Shown: positions 1 through 9,215 of the stretch, piece after piece | How the letters are laid out: each line of letters opens with the position of its first letter | Position numbering within the stretch: the stretch's first letter is position 1 | Assembly (NCBI GenBank): GCA_045638685.1 | Contig: JAZUBT010000035.1 | Span: forward strand, 1,788-65,787 | DNA from: Eubacteriales bacterium | Lineage (GTDB): Bacteria > Bacillota > Clostridia > Oscillospirales > CAG-272 | DNA length: 64,000 nt | Direction of reading: 5' to 3' | The notes under the pieces: model-generated | What the model was told of the DNA's origin: nothing | Databases searched by the model: none | Seen by the model: the letters and a program-made list of their open reading frames with translations, nothing else | Position numbers and translations under genes: made by a program

Positions 1-138
1 TCCGTAGGATATGCCGAGGAAATTTCGGAGAAAACCGGACTTCCCGTTCTTTATACCACGGTAAGCGAGAATATGTACTTGCCGCTTGAAGGTAAAATTA
101 AAAATCTCTATAAAATAAACCTGCAAAAACGTATGTAA
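1..138 (+). CDS. 3' end of a gene truncated by the window edge (SVGYAEEISEKTGLPVLYTT...LQKRM*), probably co-transcribed with the vor genes
   Basis: Open frame from position 1 to TAA at 136-138, 13 nt before the ferredoxin start; product not identifiable from this fragment. Confidence 0.6.
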   Translation, partial: SVGYAEEISEKTGLPVLYTTVSENMYLPLEGKIKNLYKINLQKRM

Positions 139-151
139 AGGAGAATTTACA

Positions 152-358
152 ATGGCAAAACTGACGTTCAAAACCGATAAATGTAAGGGTTGCGGTCTTT
201 GTGTAAGCGCCTGTCCTAAGGGTGTACTCGCACTTGCCGCTGATAAAATCAATCAAAAAGGACACCATCCGGTAGAGGCTGTAAACGAAGCGGCGTGTAT
301 CGGCTGCGCATTCTGCGCCACTATGTGTCCCGACTGTATAATCAAGGTAGAAAGGTAG
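152..358 (+). CDS. 2x[4Fe-4S] ferredoxin-like (delta) subunit of 2-oxoacid:ferredoxin oxidoreductase
   Basis: Two CxxCxxCxxxCP motifs (CKGCGLCVSACP, CIGCAFCATMCP); AGGAG RBS; adjacent to alpha/beta/gamma subunits. Confidence 0.92.
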   Translation: MAKLTFKTDKCKGCGLCVSACPKGVLALAADKINQKGHHPVEAVNEAACIGCAFCATMCPDCIIKVER

Positions 359-368
359 GACTTTAAAA

Positions 369-1436
369 ATGGCAGATAAGGTTTTAATGAAGGGTAACGA
401 AGCTATCGCAGAGGCCGCTATAATCGCGGGCTGCAGACATTACTTCGGTTATCCGATAACTCCTCAGACTGAAATTGCCGCATATATGGCAAAGAGAATG
501 CCGAAAATAGGCGGAGTATTTCTTCAGGCGGAGAGCGAAATTGCCGCTATAAATATGGTATATGGAGTTGCCGCAACGGGAAAACGCGTAATGACCTCCT
601 CGTCAAGCCCCGGGATTTCTCTTAAAGGAGAGGGCTTGTCCTATCTCGCGGGTGCGGATCTTCCTTCACTTATTATAAACGTTCAGAGAGGCGGCCCCGG
701 ACTCGGCGGTATTCAGCCCTCGCAGTCCGACTATTTCCAGGCGACCAAGGGCGGCGCTCACGGAGACTTCCATATGATAGTTTTAGCTCCCGCTTCGGTT
801 CAGGAGATGGCAGAGCTTACCGTTAAGGGATTTGACCTTGCGGATAAATACCGTATGACCTCTATGATTCTTGCAGACGGTACTATGGGACAGATGATGG
901 AGCCTGTTTCTCTTGATATTCCCGTAGGCGAGACGGTAGAAAAGCCGTGGGCGGTTACCGGAACTAAGATGCAGAGAGAGCATAACGTTGTAAACTCTCT
1001 TTATCTTAAGCCCGAAATGCTTGAGAAAACCAACTTTGAGCGTTACGAGCGCTATGAGGTAATAAAGCAGAACGAGGTAATGTACGAGCAGTACCTTATG
1101 GACGATGCGGAAATCTGCATAGCGGCGTTCGGTATTGCCGCGCGTGTTTCCAAAAATGCTATAAACGAAGCCCGTAAAAAGGGTATAAAGGTCGGTATGA
1201 TAAGACCTATAACACTCTGGCCGTTCCCGGAAAAGCAGTTTGCCGCTGCCGCGGAAAGGGTTAAGTCATTTATCTCCGTTGAGCTTTCGATGGGACAGAT
1301 GATAGAGGATATTAAGCTTGCCGTAAACGGAAAGGCGGAGGTTACGCTTTGTAACCGCTCCGGCGGTATGATACCGTCTCCCGAGCAGGTTCTTGCAGCG
1401 ATAGAGGCTGCGGCGGAAAAAGGAGGTAATAAGTAA
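369..1436 (+). CDS. vorB: 2-oxoacid:ferredoxin oxidoreductase alpha subunit, VorB/2-ketoisovalerate type
   Basis: MKGNEAIAEAA, GYPITPQTE, QAESE, TSSSSPG, QRGGPGLG motifs. Confidence 0.88.
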   Translation: MADKVLMKGNEAIAEAAIIAGCRHYFGYPITPQTEIAAYMAKRMPKIGGVFLQAESEIAAINMVYGVAATGKRVMTSSSSPGISLKGEGLSYLAGADLPSLIINVQRGGPGLGGIQPSQSDYFQATKGGAHGDFHMIVLAPASVQEMAELTVKGFDLADKYRMTSMILADGTMGQMMEPVSLDIPVGETVEKPWAVTGTKMQREHNVVNSLYLKPEMLEKTNFERYERYEVIKQNEVMYEQYLMDDAEICIAAFGIAARVSKNAINEARKKGIKVGMIRPITLWPFPEKQFAAAAERVKSFISVELSMGQMIEDIKLAVNGKAEVTLCNRSGGMIPSPEQVLAAIEAAAEKGGNK

Positions 1437-2179
1437 TGGTAGTATTTGATAAGCCCCATGCACTTGCGGATGTACCGCTTCACTACTGCCCCGGATGTAC
1501 CCACGGTATAGTTCACCGTCTGGTTGCCGAGGTTATTGATGAGCTTCAGATCGAAGGAAGAACGGTAGGAGTAGCGCCTGTTGGCTGCTCCGTTATGGCG
1601 TACGATTATTTCAACTGCGATATGATAGAGGCGGCTCACGGACGCGCGCCCGCTGTCGCAACAGGTGTTAAGCGTTCCGATCCCGAAAACATTGTATTTA
1701 CATATCAGGGAGACGGAGACCTTGCCTCGATAGGTATGGCAGAAACCGTACATGCGGCGGCAAGAAACGAAAACATCACAATTATATTCATAAATAACGC
1801 AATCTACGGTATGACCGGAGGACAGATGGCACCTACCTCACTTCCGGGACAGATTACCCAGACCTCTCCTTACGGAAGAGACGTAAACCACTGCGGATTC
1901 CCGATAAAGGTTTGCGAGATGCTTTCTCAGCTTGACGGCGCCGAGTACCTTGAGCGCGTAGCGGTAAATAACGTCAAAAACATAAAGAACGCTAAGAAGG
2001 CTATTAAGAAAGCGTTTGAAAATCAGGTTAACGGCAAGGGCTTTTCTCTTGTTGAGGTTGTTTCCAGCTGTCCTACCAACTGGGGACTTACTCCCGAAAA
2101 GGCTCTTGAGTGGATCGACGAAAAGATGCTTCCTTATTACCCGCTCGGTGTATATAAGGACAGATCGGCAGAGAAATAA
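1436..2179 (+). CDS. 2-oxoacid:ferredoxin oxidoreductase beta (TPP-binding) subunit
   Basis: [22 protein letters not shown] motif GDGD...NN, YGMTGGQ, CPTNW; TAATG overlap with alpha. Confidence 0.92.
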   Translation: MVVFDKPHALADVPLHYCPGCTHGIVHRLVAEVIDELQIEGRTVGVAPVGCSVMAYDYFNCDMIEAAHGRAPAVATGVKRSDPENIVFTYQGDGDLASIGMAETVHAAARNENITIIFINNAIYGMTGGQMAPTSLPGQITQTSPYGRDVNHCGFPIKVCEMLSQLDGAEYLERVAVNNVKNIKNAKKAIKKAFENQVNGKGFSLVEVVSSCPTNWGLTPEKALEWIDEKMLPYYPLGVYKDRSAEK

Positions 2180-2200
2180 GAAAGGTAGGAGTGAGTGAAA

Positions 2201-2746
2201 ATGAAAACAACACAGTATCTTATCGCAGGATTCGGTGGACAGGGAATTCTGTTTGCCGGAAAATTTCTTGCATATAAAGGTCTTACCGACGGCGCAAACG
2301 TAAGCTGGCTTCCCTCGTACGGCCCCGAAATGAGAGGCGGTACCGCAAGCTGCAGCGTTATAATCAGCGACACCCCGGTAGGCTCTCCTATTGTATCAAA
2401 TCCCGACGTTCTTATTGCTATGAACCTTCCGTCTCTTGATAAGTATGAGGACAGCGTTGTTCCCGGCGGAACGATATACGTTGATTCCACCCTTATCGAG
2501 CGCAAGGTAAAGAGAACCGACGTAAACGTATTCTACATACCCGCAACTCAGATAGCTTCGGATAACAAGACTCCTACCCTTGCTAATATGATTATAATGG
2601 GTAAGGTTCTTAAGGAAAACGGAGAGTTCGACGATAAAACATCGGTTGACGCAGCCCTTAAAAAGGTTATTTCCGCAAAGCGTATGGATATGCTTGAAAC
2701 CAACCTCGGAGCTATGGTTCTCGGTAGAGATTACGCGGCTCTGTAA
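2201..2746 (+). CDS. 2-oxoacid:ferredoxin oxidoreductase gamma subunit
   Basis: AGFGGQG and [10 protein letters not shown] motifs; ATG 2201 is best spaced from the AGGAG RBS. Confidence 0.92.
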   Translation: MKTTQYLIAGFGGQGILFAGKFLAYKGLTDGANVSWLPSYGPEMRGGTASCSVIISDTPVGSPIVSNPDVLIAMNLPSLDKYEDSVVPGGTIYVDSTLIERKVKRTDVNVFYIPATQIASDNKTPTLANMIIMGKVLKENGEFDDKTSVDAALKKVISAKRMDMLETNLGAMVLGRDYAAL

Positions 2747-2872
2747 TTTTCGCAGTACCTAGAAACGGTGAAGTAGCCGTAAAATGGGATACGGTGCTCA
2801 AAACAGAAAGACTTTGTGTTTTTTTGGTTGATTTTGGGGAACGATAAAATTTAATTAATTTGGAGAAATATT

Positions 2873-3937
2873 ATGGAAATCAAAATAACAAAAACAACTA
2901 CTCCGGCGGCAAAGCCCGATCCGTCCACGCTTGGATTCGGTAAGGTTTTCACCGACCACATGTTCATTATGGAGTACACCGCGGATAAGGGTTGGCATGA
3001 CGCAAGAATTGTTCCCTTTGGAAAGATCGAGCTTCACCCCGCGTGTACCGCGCTTCATTACGGCTCCGAGGTTTTCGAGGGACTTAAGGCGTACCGCAAG
3101 GCTGACGGAAGCGTACAGCTTTTCAGACCTATCGAAAACATTCGCAGAATGAACCGCTCCGCAGAGCGTCTTTGTCTCCCCGAAATACCGGAGGATATCG
3201 CTATGCAGGTTCTTACCGAGTTTGTAAAATTCGAGCAGGAGTGGGTACCCTCCGCTCCCGGCACCTCGCTTTATATCCGTCCTTTTATGTACGGAAACGA
3301 CGAGACTCTCGGAGTTCATTCGGTAAAGCACGCTACCTTTATGATAATCACCTCTCCCGTAGGAAGCTACTACAAGGAGGGTATTAACCCCGTTAAAATT
3401 ATGATAGAAGCTGACGACGTAAGAGCTGTAAGAGGCGGCACGGGTGAGGCTAAATGCGGCGGTAACTACGCTGCAAGTAACCGTGCGGGCGAGAAAGCGG
3501 AGAAGAAGGGATATTCTCAGGTTCTCTGGCTTGACGGTGTTGAGCGTAAGTACATCGAAGAGGTTGGAGCTATGAACGTAATGTTCAAGATAGACGGAGA
3601 GATAGTTACTCCTATGCTCACCGGCTCCATTCTCCCCGGAATTACCCGTAAGTCCTGTATCGAAATGCTTAAGGCTGAGGGCTACAAGGTAAGCGAGAGA
3701 CTTATAAGCGTTGACGAGCTTGGTCAGGCTCTTGAAAACGGCAAGCTTGAGGAGGCATGGGGCTGCGGAACTGCGGCTGTTATCTCGCCTATCGGAGAGC
3801 TTTGCTACAAGGACGTTAAGTACGTAATTAACGACGGAAAAATCGGAGAGGTTACGGCTCACCTTTACGATACCATTACCGGTATTCAGTGGGGTAGGCT
3901 TGAGGACAAGTACGGCTGGACAAAGCCCCTTGTTTAA
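2873..3937 (+). CDS. ilvE: Branched-chain amino acid aminotransferase
   Basis: FTDHM, LHYG..FEGLKAY, PLP lysine in AKCGGNY, EVGAMN, ILPGITR, GTAAVISP. Confidence 0.96.
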   Translation: MEIKITKTTTPAAKPDPSTLGFGKVFTDHMFIMEYTADKGWHDARIVPFGKIELHPACTALHYGSEVFEGLKAYRKADGSVQLFRPIENIRRMNRSAERLCLPEIPEDIAMQVLTEFVKFEQEWVPSAPGTSLYIRPFMYGNDETLGVHSVKHATFMIITSPVGSYYKEGINPVKIMIEADDVRAVRGGTGEAKCGGNYAASNRAGEKAEKKGYSQVLWLDGVERKYIEEVGAMNVMFKIDGEIVTPMLTGSILPGITRKSCIEMLKAEGYKVSERLISVDELGQALENGKLEEAWGCGTAAVISPIGELCYKDVKYVINDGKIGEVTAHLYDTITGIQWGRLEDKYGWTKPLV

Positions 3938-3961
3938 GACGAAAAATTCACAATTTATTCA

Positions 3962-3990
3962 TTGACAAAAGCAGCTCGCTGTGATACAAT
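3962..3990 (+). promoter_or_regulatory. Sigma-A promoter of the T-box operon
   Basis: TTGACA (3962-3967), 17 nt spacer, TG-n-TACAAT extended -10 (3985-3990). Confidence 0.85.
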
Positions 3991-4009
3991 TACTTTGTTA
4001 TGACAAATG

Positions 4010-4262
4010 CAAAGAAGGAATTATTTTCCGCTGAAAGCATCACAGAGAGTCGGCGCTACGGTGCAAGTCGATATGCAGAAAACGGAAAAGTCTCGTTCCC
4101 GAGCAGAACCTCCGAAAGTTTTTCAGTAAGAGGCTCCGGAATGCCCCGTTATCAAGGCAAAAGGCTTGACAGAGTCTTACAGAGAGACCGCTTTTGCGGT
4201 AATCAGGGTGGTAACACGGATAAATTCGTCCCTGAAGCCTTATGGCTTCGGGGACTTTTTTT
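4010..4262 (+). promoter_or_regulatory. T-box riboswitch, leucine specifier (CUC)
   Basis: Stem I (GGAA/TTCC, TTTTCCG/CGGAAAA, AGAGA bulge, GGTGCAA loop), CTC at 4092-4094, CCGTTA F-box, T-box AGGGTGGTAACACGG (UGGU fits tRNA-Leu A73), terminator GTCCCTGAAGCC/GGCTTCGGGGAC + T-run at 4228-4262. Confidence 0.92.
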
Positions 4263-4292
4263 ATAAAATCAGCAGAAAGAGAGAACTTAAAA

Positions 4293-5690
4293 GTGAAAAA
4301 GATTACAATAGCCGATATGACTCTTACGGAATATTCCCAGACGTTATCGTTTAAAGAAAAGATTGAGGTTGTAAGAAGTCTTGATAACCTAAACGTTGAC
4401 GTTATATATATGCCGAGAATAGAAAACGTAAAGGCCGACAGCCTGCTTATCCGTACCGTTTCGGCGTTTGTAAAGAACAGCACGTTATGTGTCGAGGCGG
4501 GTAATACGGCCGAAAGTATAGAAGCGGCGGCTATGGCTATATCGGGAGCTAAAAGCGCCCGTATGTCGGTAAGGCTTCCCGTATCTCCCGTTCAGATGGA
4601 ATATACCTATCACAAAAAGCCTGCTAAAATGGCGGAGCTTGCGAAGGAGCTTTTTGCCGCAGCAACGGCAAAATGCGAGAACGTTGAGTTTTACGCGGAG
4701 GACGCAACCCGCGCTGACGGTGCGTTCTTACGCGAGATGGTAACGGCAGCGATAGACGCCGGAATAAAGACGGTTACCTTCTGCGACGACGAGGGTTCTA
4801 TGCTTCCAGACGAGTTTTCCGCGTTTATCGAGGGGCTCCGTAAGGATATTCCCGAGCTTGACGGTGTGTCTATTGGAGCGGTATGCAAAAACACGAACGG
4901 AATGTCAAGCGCCTCTGCCGTAATGGCGGTAAAGGCGGGAGTAAGTGAAATAAAGTGCTGCGTAGGTAAAAACGAAATCACCGGACTTTCCGATTTCGCG
5001 AAAATTCTTTCCGACAGCGGAGACAGATGCGGTGTTTATTCGAGCATCAACTACAACGTTCTCAGCCGTACAGTAAATCAGATAAAGTGGATAGAGGGCG
5101 ATAAAAAATCGGGTGTCTCGACTACCGTAGAGCTTTCCGATAACAATGCTGACGTATTTGATATTCACGATAGCGAGGAAAACGTAGCCGTAGCCGTTAA
5201 AAAGCTCGGTTATGAGCTTTCGGACGATGATTTTGTAAGGGTTTACGAGGAGTTTAAGCGTGTTGCCGCCAAGAAAAATATTACGGCAAAGGACCTCGAC
5301 GCGATCGTATCGAGCGTTGCGCTTCAGGTTCCCCCCACGTATAAGCTTGTAAGCTACGCTATAAATAGCGGAAACATTATTACTTCGTCTGCTCAGATAA
5401 AGCTTGATAAAAAGGGTGAATTTATAAGCGGAATCTCTATGGGAGACGGTCCTATTGACGCCGCCTTCAAAACCCTTGAGCAGATAATAGGACGTCATTT
5501 TGAGCTTGACGATTTCCAGATTCAGTCGGTAACCGAGGGACAGGAGGCTATGGGATACGCTCTCGTAAAGCTTCGTAACGAGGGCAAGCTTTACTCCGGA
5601 AACGGTATTTCCACCGATATTATGGAGGCATCAATCAAGGCATATATAAACGCAGTTAACAAAACGGTTTACGAGGAGGAAACAAAATGA
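4293..5690 (+). CDS. LeuA (2-isopropylmalate synthase)-like protein with degenerate catalytic domain and intact C-terminal regulatory domain
   Basis: LeuA architecture; C-terminal GDGPIDAA, FQIQSVTEG, GNGISTDIMEAS intact; DTTLRDG and HxH motifs replaced. GTG 4293 chosen because ATG 4242 lies inside the T-box terminator. Confidence 0.85.
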   Translation: MKKITIADMTLTEYSQTLSFKEKIEVVRSLDNLNVDVIYMPRIENVKADSLLIRTVSAFVKNSTLCVEAGNTAESIEAAAMAISGAKSARMSVRLPVSPVQMEYTYHKKPAKMAELAKELFAAATAKCENVEFYAEDATRADGAFLREMVTAAIDAGIKTVTFCDDEGSMLPDEFSAFIEGLRKDIPELDGVSIGAVCKNTNGMSSASAVMAVKAGVSEIKCCVGKNEITGLSDFAKILSDSGDRCGVYSSINYNVLSRTVNQIKWIEGDKKSGVSTTVELSDNNADVFDIHDSEENVAVAVKKLGYELSDDDFVRVYEEFKRVAAKKNITAKDLDAIVSSVALQVPPTYKLVSYAINSGNIITSSAQIKLDKKGEFISGISMGDGPIDAAFKTLEQIIGRHFELDDFQIQSVTEGQEAMGYALVKLRNEGKLYSGNGISTDIMEASIKAYINAVNKTVYEEETK

Positions 5691-8206
5691 AGCTTTCATT
5701 TTCAACAAAGGGCTGGCACGGTAAAACCTTTGAAGAGCTTTGTGAGATAGCAAAGGAGCTTCGCTTTTCCGGAATAGAGCTTCATAATATAAAAAACAAG
5801 CTGTTTACAGATAGCGACAGCGCGTTTAATGACTATGCAACCGCCGCTACTCTCCGCAGACTGTACGAGATGAAGATAAGCATTCCCTGTATAGACAGTA
5901 TATGCGATCCGGCTGATACGGAAAAGGCAGACGAGGCTATGAGAGAGCTTAAGGAGTGCATCCGTATAGCGAAAAATCTTCATATTCCTTATATAAGAGT
6001 ACACGCATCCGCTCACGGGGAAAAGGATTTTGAAACTGTAAGAGCTTTTATCTCCGAGATTCTTCCGATAGCGGAATCCGCGGGTGTTCATATTCTGCTT
6101 GAAACGAGCGGACTTTTCAGCGATGCAAAAACTCTCCGCGATATGCTTGATAGCTTTGCGAGTGATAGCCTTTCGGCGCTTTGGGATGTTTATTCCTCTT
6201 ATTTTATAGCCGGACAGTCTCCCGAAGCCACGATAGAAACTCTCGGCGCTTACGTAAAGCATATTCACATAAAGGACGCCGAAAAGACGGAGGACGGCAT
6301 ACGTTACTCTCTTATGGGCGAGGGACAGCTGCCTATCAGCGAGCTTATAGGTGCGCTGCGTTCCGTTAACTATAACGGCTTTATCTCGCTTGAATGGCAC
6401 CCGAAATGGTGCGAGGAGATAGATGACCTTGAAATTATCCTTTCTCAGTTTGAAAACTTTATGAGTCAGTTCAGCGATACCGCAAGAGCTGATAACTCAC
6501 TTTATTATAACAAATCCCATACGGGTAGATACGTCTGGAAAAAGGAGCTTCTTATAGACCTCACCTTTCCGAAGGTTCTCGACCGTATGGTTGAGGAGTT
6601 CCCCGACAAGCTTGCGTTTAAATATACAACGCTTGACTATACACGAACCTACTACGAGTTCAGAAAGGACGTTGACACCTTTGCCCGTAGCCTTATCTCG
6701 CTTAACGTTAAGCCGGGCGACCACGTTGCGGTATGGGCGACCAATATTCCGCAGTGGTATATAGCCTTCTGGGCAGTAACCAAGATAGGCGCGGTTCTCG
6801 TTTCAATGAACACGGCATACAAAATTCACGAGGCGGAGTATCTTTTAAAGCAGTCGGATACGCATACGCTTATTATGATTGACGGCTACCGCGACTCAAA
6901 TTACTCCGAGACGATAGCCGAGCTTTGCCCCGAGCTTGAAAACACAAAGCCCGGCACGCCGCTTCACAGCCGCCGTCTGCCCTTCCTCCGTAACGTAATT
7001 ACGGTAGGCTTTAAGCAGAAGGGCTGCCTTACTTGGGAGGAGACGGTAGCGAGAGCGGATATGGTACCGGTTGACGAGGTTTACCGCCGCGCCGCCGCCG
7101 TTGATAAGGACGACGTATGTAATATGCAGTACACCTCGGGAACCACCGGCTTCCCCAAGGGCGTTATGCTTACCCACTATAACGTTGTAAATAACGGAAA
7201 ATGCATCGGAGACAGAATGGATCTCTCCACCGCCGACAGAATGATGATACAGGTCCCGATGTTCCACTGCTTCGGAATGGTTCTTGCTATGACTGCAAGT
7301 ATGACGCACGGCGTTACCCTGCTTCCGCTTCCGTATTACGCGCCGAAGCCCGCGCTTGCGTGTATAAATTCTGAAAGAATAACCGCCTTCCACGGTGTTC
7401 CTACCATGTTTATATCGCTCCTTGAGCACGAGGACTTTGAAAAGACCGATTTTTCGTATATGCGTACCGGTATTATGGCGGGAAGCCCCTGTCCTATCTC
7501 CGTTATGCAGGACGTTATAAAGAAGATGCACATGGACGAGATAACCATAGTTTACGGACAGACCGAGGCGTCTCCCGGCTGTACTATGAGCTCAACCGAC
7601 GACCCTATTGAGGTAAGAGTAGGAACGGTAGGACGTGCGCTTCCCGAAATAGAATGCAAGATAGTTAATCCCGAAACGGGAGAGGAATGTCCCGATGACG
7701 TAACGGGAGAGTTTGTGGCGAGAGGCTACAACATTATGAAGGGCTACTACAAGATGCCCAAGGCTACCGCAGCGGCGATAGATAAGGACGGCTGGCTCCA
7801 TACGGGAGACCTTGCCTGCCGAACGGCGGAGGGTAATTTCCGTATTACGGGACGCCTTAAGGATATGATTATCAGAGGCGGAGAGAACATCTATCCAAAG
7901 GAGATAGAGGAGTTTATCTATACCCACCCGAAGGTTAAGGACGTTCAGGTTATAGGTGTTCCCGACGAGCAGTACGGCGAGGAGATAATGGCGTGTATCA
8001 TTTTGAAGGACGGCGAGGAAATGACCGTTTCCGAGATGAAGGACTACATTAATTCTCACATGGCGCGTCATAAGGTTCCGAAATATATTGACTTTGTAAA
8101 AGAGTTCCCGATGAACGTTGCGGGTAAGATACTTAAGTACAAAATGCGCGAGGACGCCATCGAAAAGCTTGGTCTGCAAAAGGCGGCAAAGGTGGTAACG
8201 GCGTAA
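5687..8206 (+). CDS. Fusion: N-terminal xylose-isomerase/AP-endonuclease-2-like TIM barrel + C-terminal AMP-forming acyl-CoA ligase
   Basis: N-term GIEL, LLET, WD, HIHIKD, GEG, SLEW; C-term QYTSGTTGFPKG, YGQTE, GWLHTGD, RLKDMIIRGGENIYP, GKILK; ATGA overlap with upstream gene. Confidence 0.9.
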   Translation: MKLSFSTKGWHGKTFEELCEIAKELRFSGIELHNIKNKLFTDSDSAFNDYATAATLRRLYEMKISIPCIDSICDPADTEKADEAMRELKECIRIAKNLHIPYIRVHASAHGEKDFETVRAFISEILPIAESAGVHILLETSGLFSDAKTLRDMLDSFASDSLSALWDVYSSYFIAGQSPEATIETLGAYVKHIHIKDAEKTEDGIRYSLMGEGQLPISELIGALRSVNYNGFISLEWHPKWCEEIDDLEIILSQFENFMSQFSDTARADNSLYYNKSHTGRYVWKKELLIDLTFPKVLDRMVEEFPDKLAFKYTTLDYTRTYYEFRKDVDTFARSLISLNVKPGDHVAVWATNIPQWYIAFWAVTKIGAVLVSMNTAYKIHEAEYLLKQSDTHTLIMIDGYRDSNYSETIAELCPELENTKPGTPLHSRRLPFLRNVITVGFKQKGCLTWEETVARADMVPVDEVYRRAAAVDKDDVCNMQYTSGTTGFPKGVMLTHYNVVNNGKCIGDRMDLSTADRMMIQVPMFHCFGMVLAMTASMTHGVTLLPLPYYAPKPALACINSERITAFHGVPTMFISLLEHEDFEKTDFSYMRTGIMAGSPCPISVMQDVIKKMHMDEITIVYGQTEASPGCTMSSTDDPIEVRVGTVGRALPEIECKIVNPETGEECPDDVTGEFVARGYNIMKGYYKMPKATAAAIDKDGWLHTGDLACRTAEGNFRITGRLKDMIIRGGENIYPKEIEEFIYTHPKVKDVQVIGVPDEQYGEEIMACIILKDGEEMTVSEMKDYINSHMARHKVPKYIDFVKEFPMNVAGKILKYKMREDAIEKLGLQKAAKVVTA

Positions 8207-9021
8207 TGTATGCGGGTAAGTTTTGGACGGTAGATGCTCACTGTCATATCTATCCCGAAAAAATAGCTGCAAGAGCAATTAACGGAACGGATACCTTTTA
8301 CGGACTTCATTCGGTAAAAAACGGTATTGCGGCTGACATGATAAAAGAGGGAACGGCCCTCGGAATAGATCACTACGTCGTTCAGTCGGTTGCTTCAACG
8401 CCAAGACAGGTCAAAAGCATAAACGAGTTTATCGCGAGAGAGGAAGCCGAATATAAAGGAAGGCTTACAGGGCTTGGAACACTTCACCCCGACAGCGAGG
8501 ATATAGAGGGTGATTTCGAGCATCTTTGCGAGCTTTCGCTCCACGGAGTAAAGCTTCACCCCGACATTCAAGGGTTTCGTATAGACGATAAAAGGTGTAT
8601 GAAAATATATGAGCTGTGTGAAAGCCACGGGCTTCCGATACTTATGCATACGGGAGACTATCGCTACGATAATTCTAACCCCGATAGGCTAATTCCTGTT
8701 TTGAAGGCATTTCCGAAGCTTATTACGGTCGGTGCGCATCTCGGCGGCTGGTCGGTATGGGACGAGGCGGCGAAGAAGCTTTGCGGATTTGAAAATTTTT
8801 ACGTTGATTCTTCTTCCTCGTTTAATTTTCTGACCGATGAGAAAATGAAGGAGCTTATCCTCGCTTACGGCGTGGATAGGGTGCTGTTTGCGACCGATTA
8901 TCCTATGTGGGATGCAGGCGAGGAGCTGAAGCGCCTTGCCTCCCTCGGATTTACCGATGAGGAGTATTCGCTTCTTCTCGGAAAAAACGCGGCAAAGGTT
9001 TTCGGTATAGGAGAAAATTAA
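8206..9021 (+). CDS. Amidohydrolase_2 family metal-dependent hydrolase/decarboxylase
   Basis: DAHCH, GVKLHP, HTG, AHLGG, FATDYP; TAATG overlap. Confidence 0.88.
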   Translation: MYAGKFWTVDAHCHIYPEKIAARAINGTDTFYGLHSVKNGIAADMIKEGTALGIDHYVVQSVASTPRQVKSINEFIAREEAEYKGRLTGLGTLHPDSEDIEGDFEHLCELSLHGVKLHPDIQGFRIDDKRCMKIYELCESHGLPILMHTGDYRYDNSNPDRLIPVLKAFPKLITVGAHLGGWSVWDEAAKKLCGFENFYVDSSSSFNFLTDEKMKELILAYGVDRVLFATDYPMWDAGEELKRLASLGFTDEEYSLLLGKNAAKVFGIGEN

Positions 9022-9026
9022 ATAAA

Positions 9027-9057
9027 AACGCCCTTGGACAGTAAGCCCAAGGGCGTT
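9027..9057. terminator. 11-bp hairpin after the amidohydrolase gene (no + strand U-tract)
   Basis: AACGCCCTTGG / CCAAGGGCGTT. Confidence 0.6.
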
Positions 9058-9135
9058 GGTACGGAAACAAAAACTTAAGGTACGGAAACAAAAACTTAGG
9101 GCACGGAAACAAAACTTAAGGTACAAAAACAAAAC
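9058..9135. repeat. Tandem repeat, 20-21 bp unit, about 4 copies
   Basis: GGTACGGAAACAAAAACTTAA, GGTACGGAAACAAAAACTTAG, GGCACGGAAACAAAACTTAA, GGTACAAAAACAAAAC. Confidence 0.9.
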
Positions 9136-9215
9136 CGTTATGGCACGATCGTGTTCTTTAACGGTGAAAATAAACTAACCCCGAAAGTGGGTAAAACAAA
9201 AAACGGAGCAGTAAA

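Noticed and set aside
4000-4354. Short ORFs 4000-4266 and 4166-4354, and ATG 4242 as the start of the LeuA-like gene
   Set aside because: They lie in the T-box leader and terminator; the RNA structure explains the region and GTG 4293 aligns with the LeuA N-terminus.
9058-9135. Possible mini-CRISPR array (also considered for 55222-55285)
   Set aside because: Repeats are contiguous with no unique spacers, and no cas genes are present.
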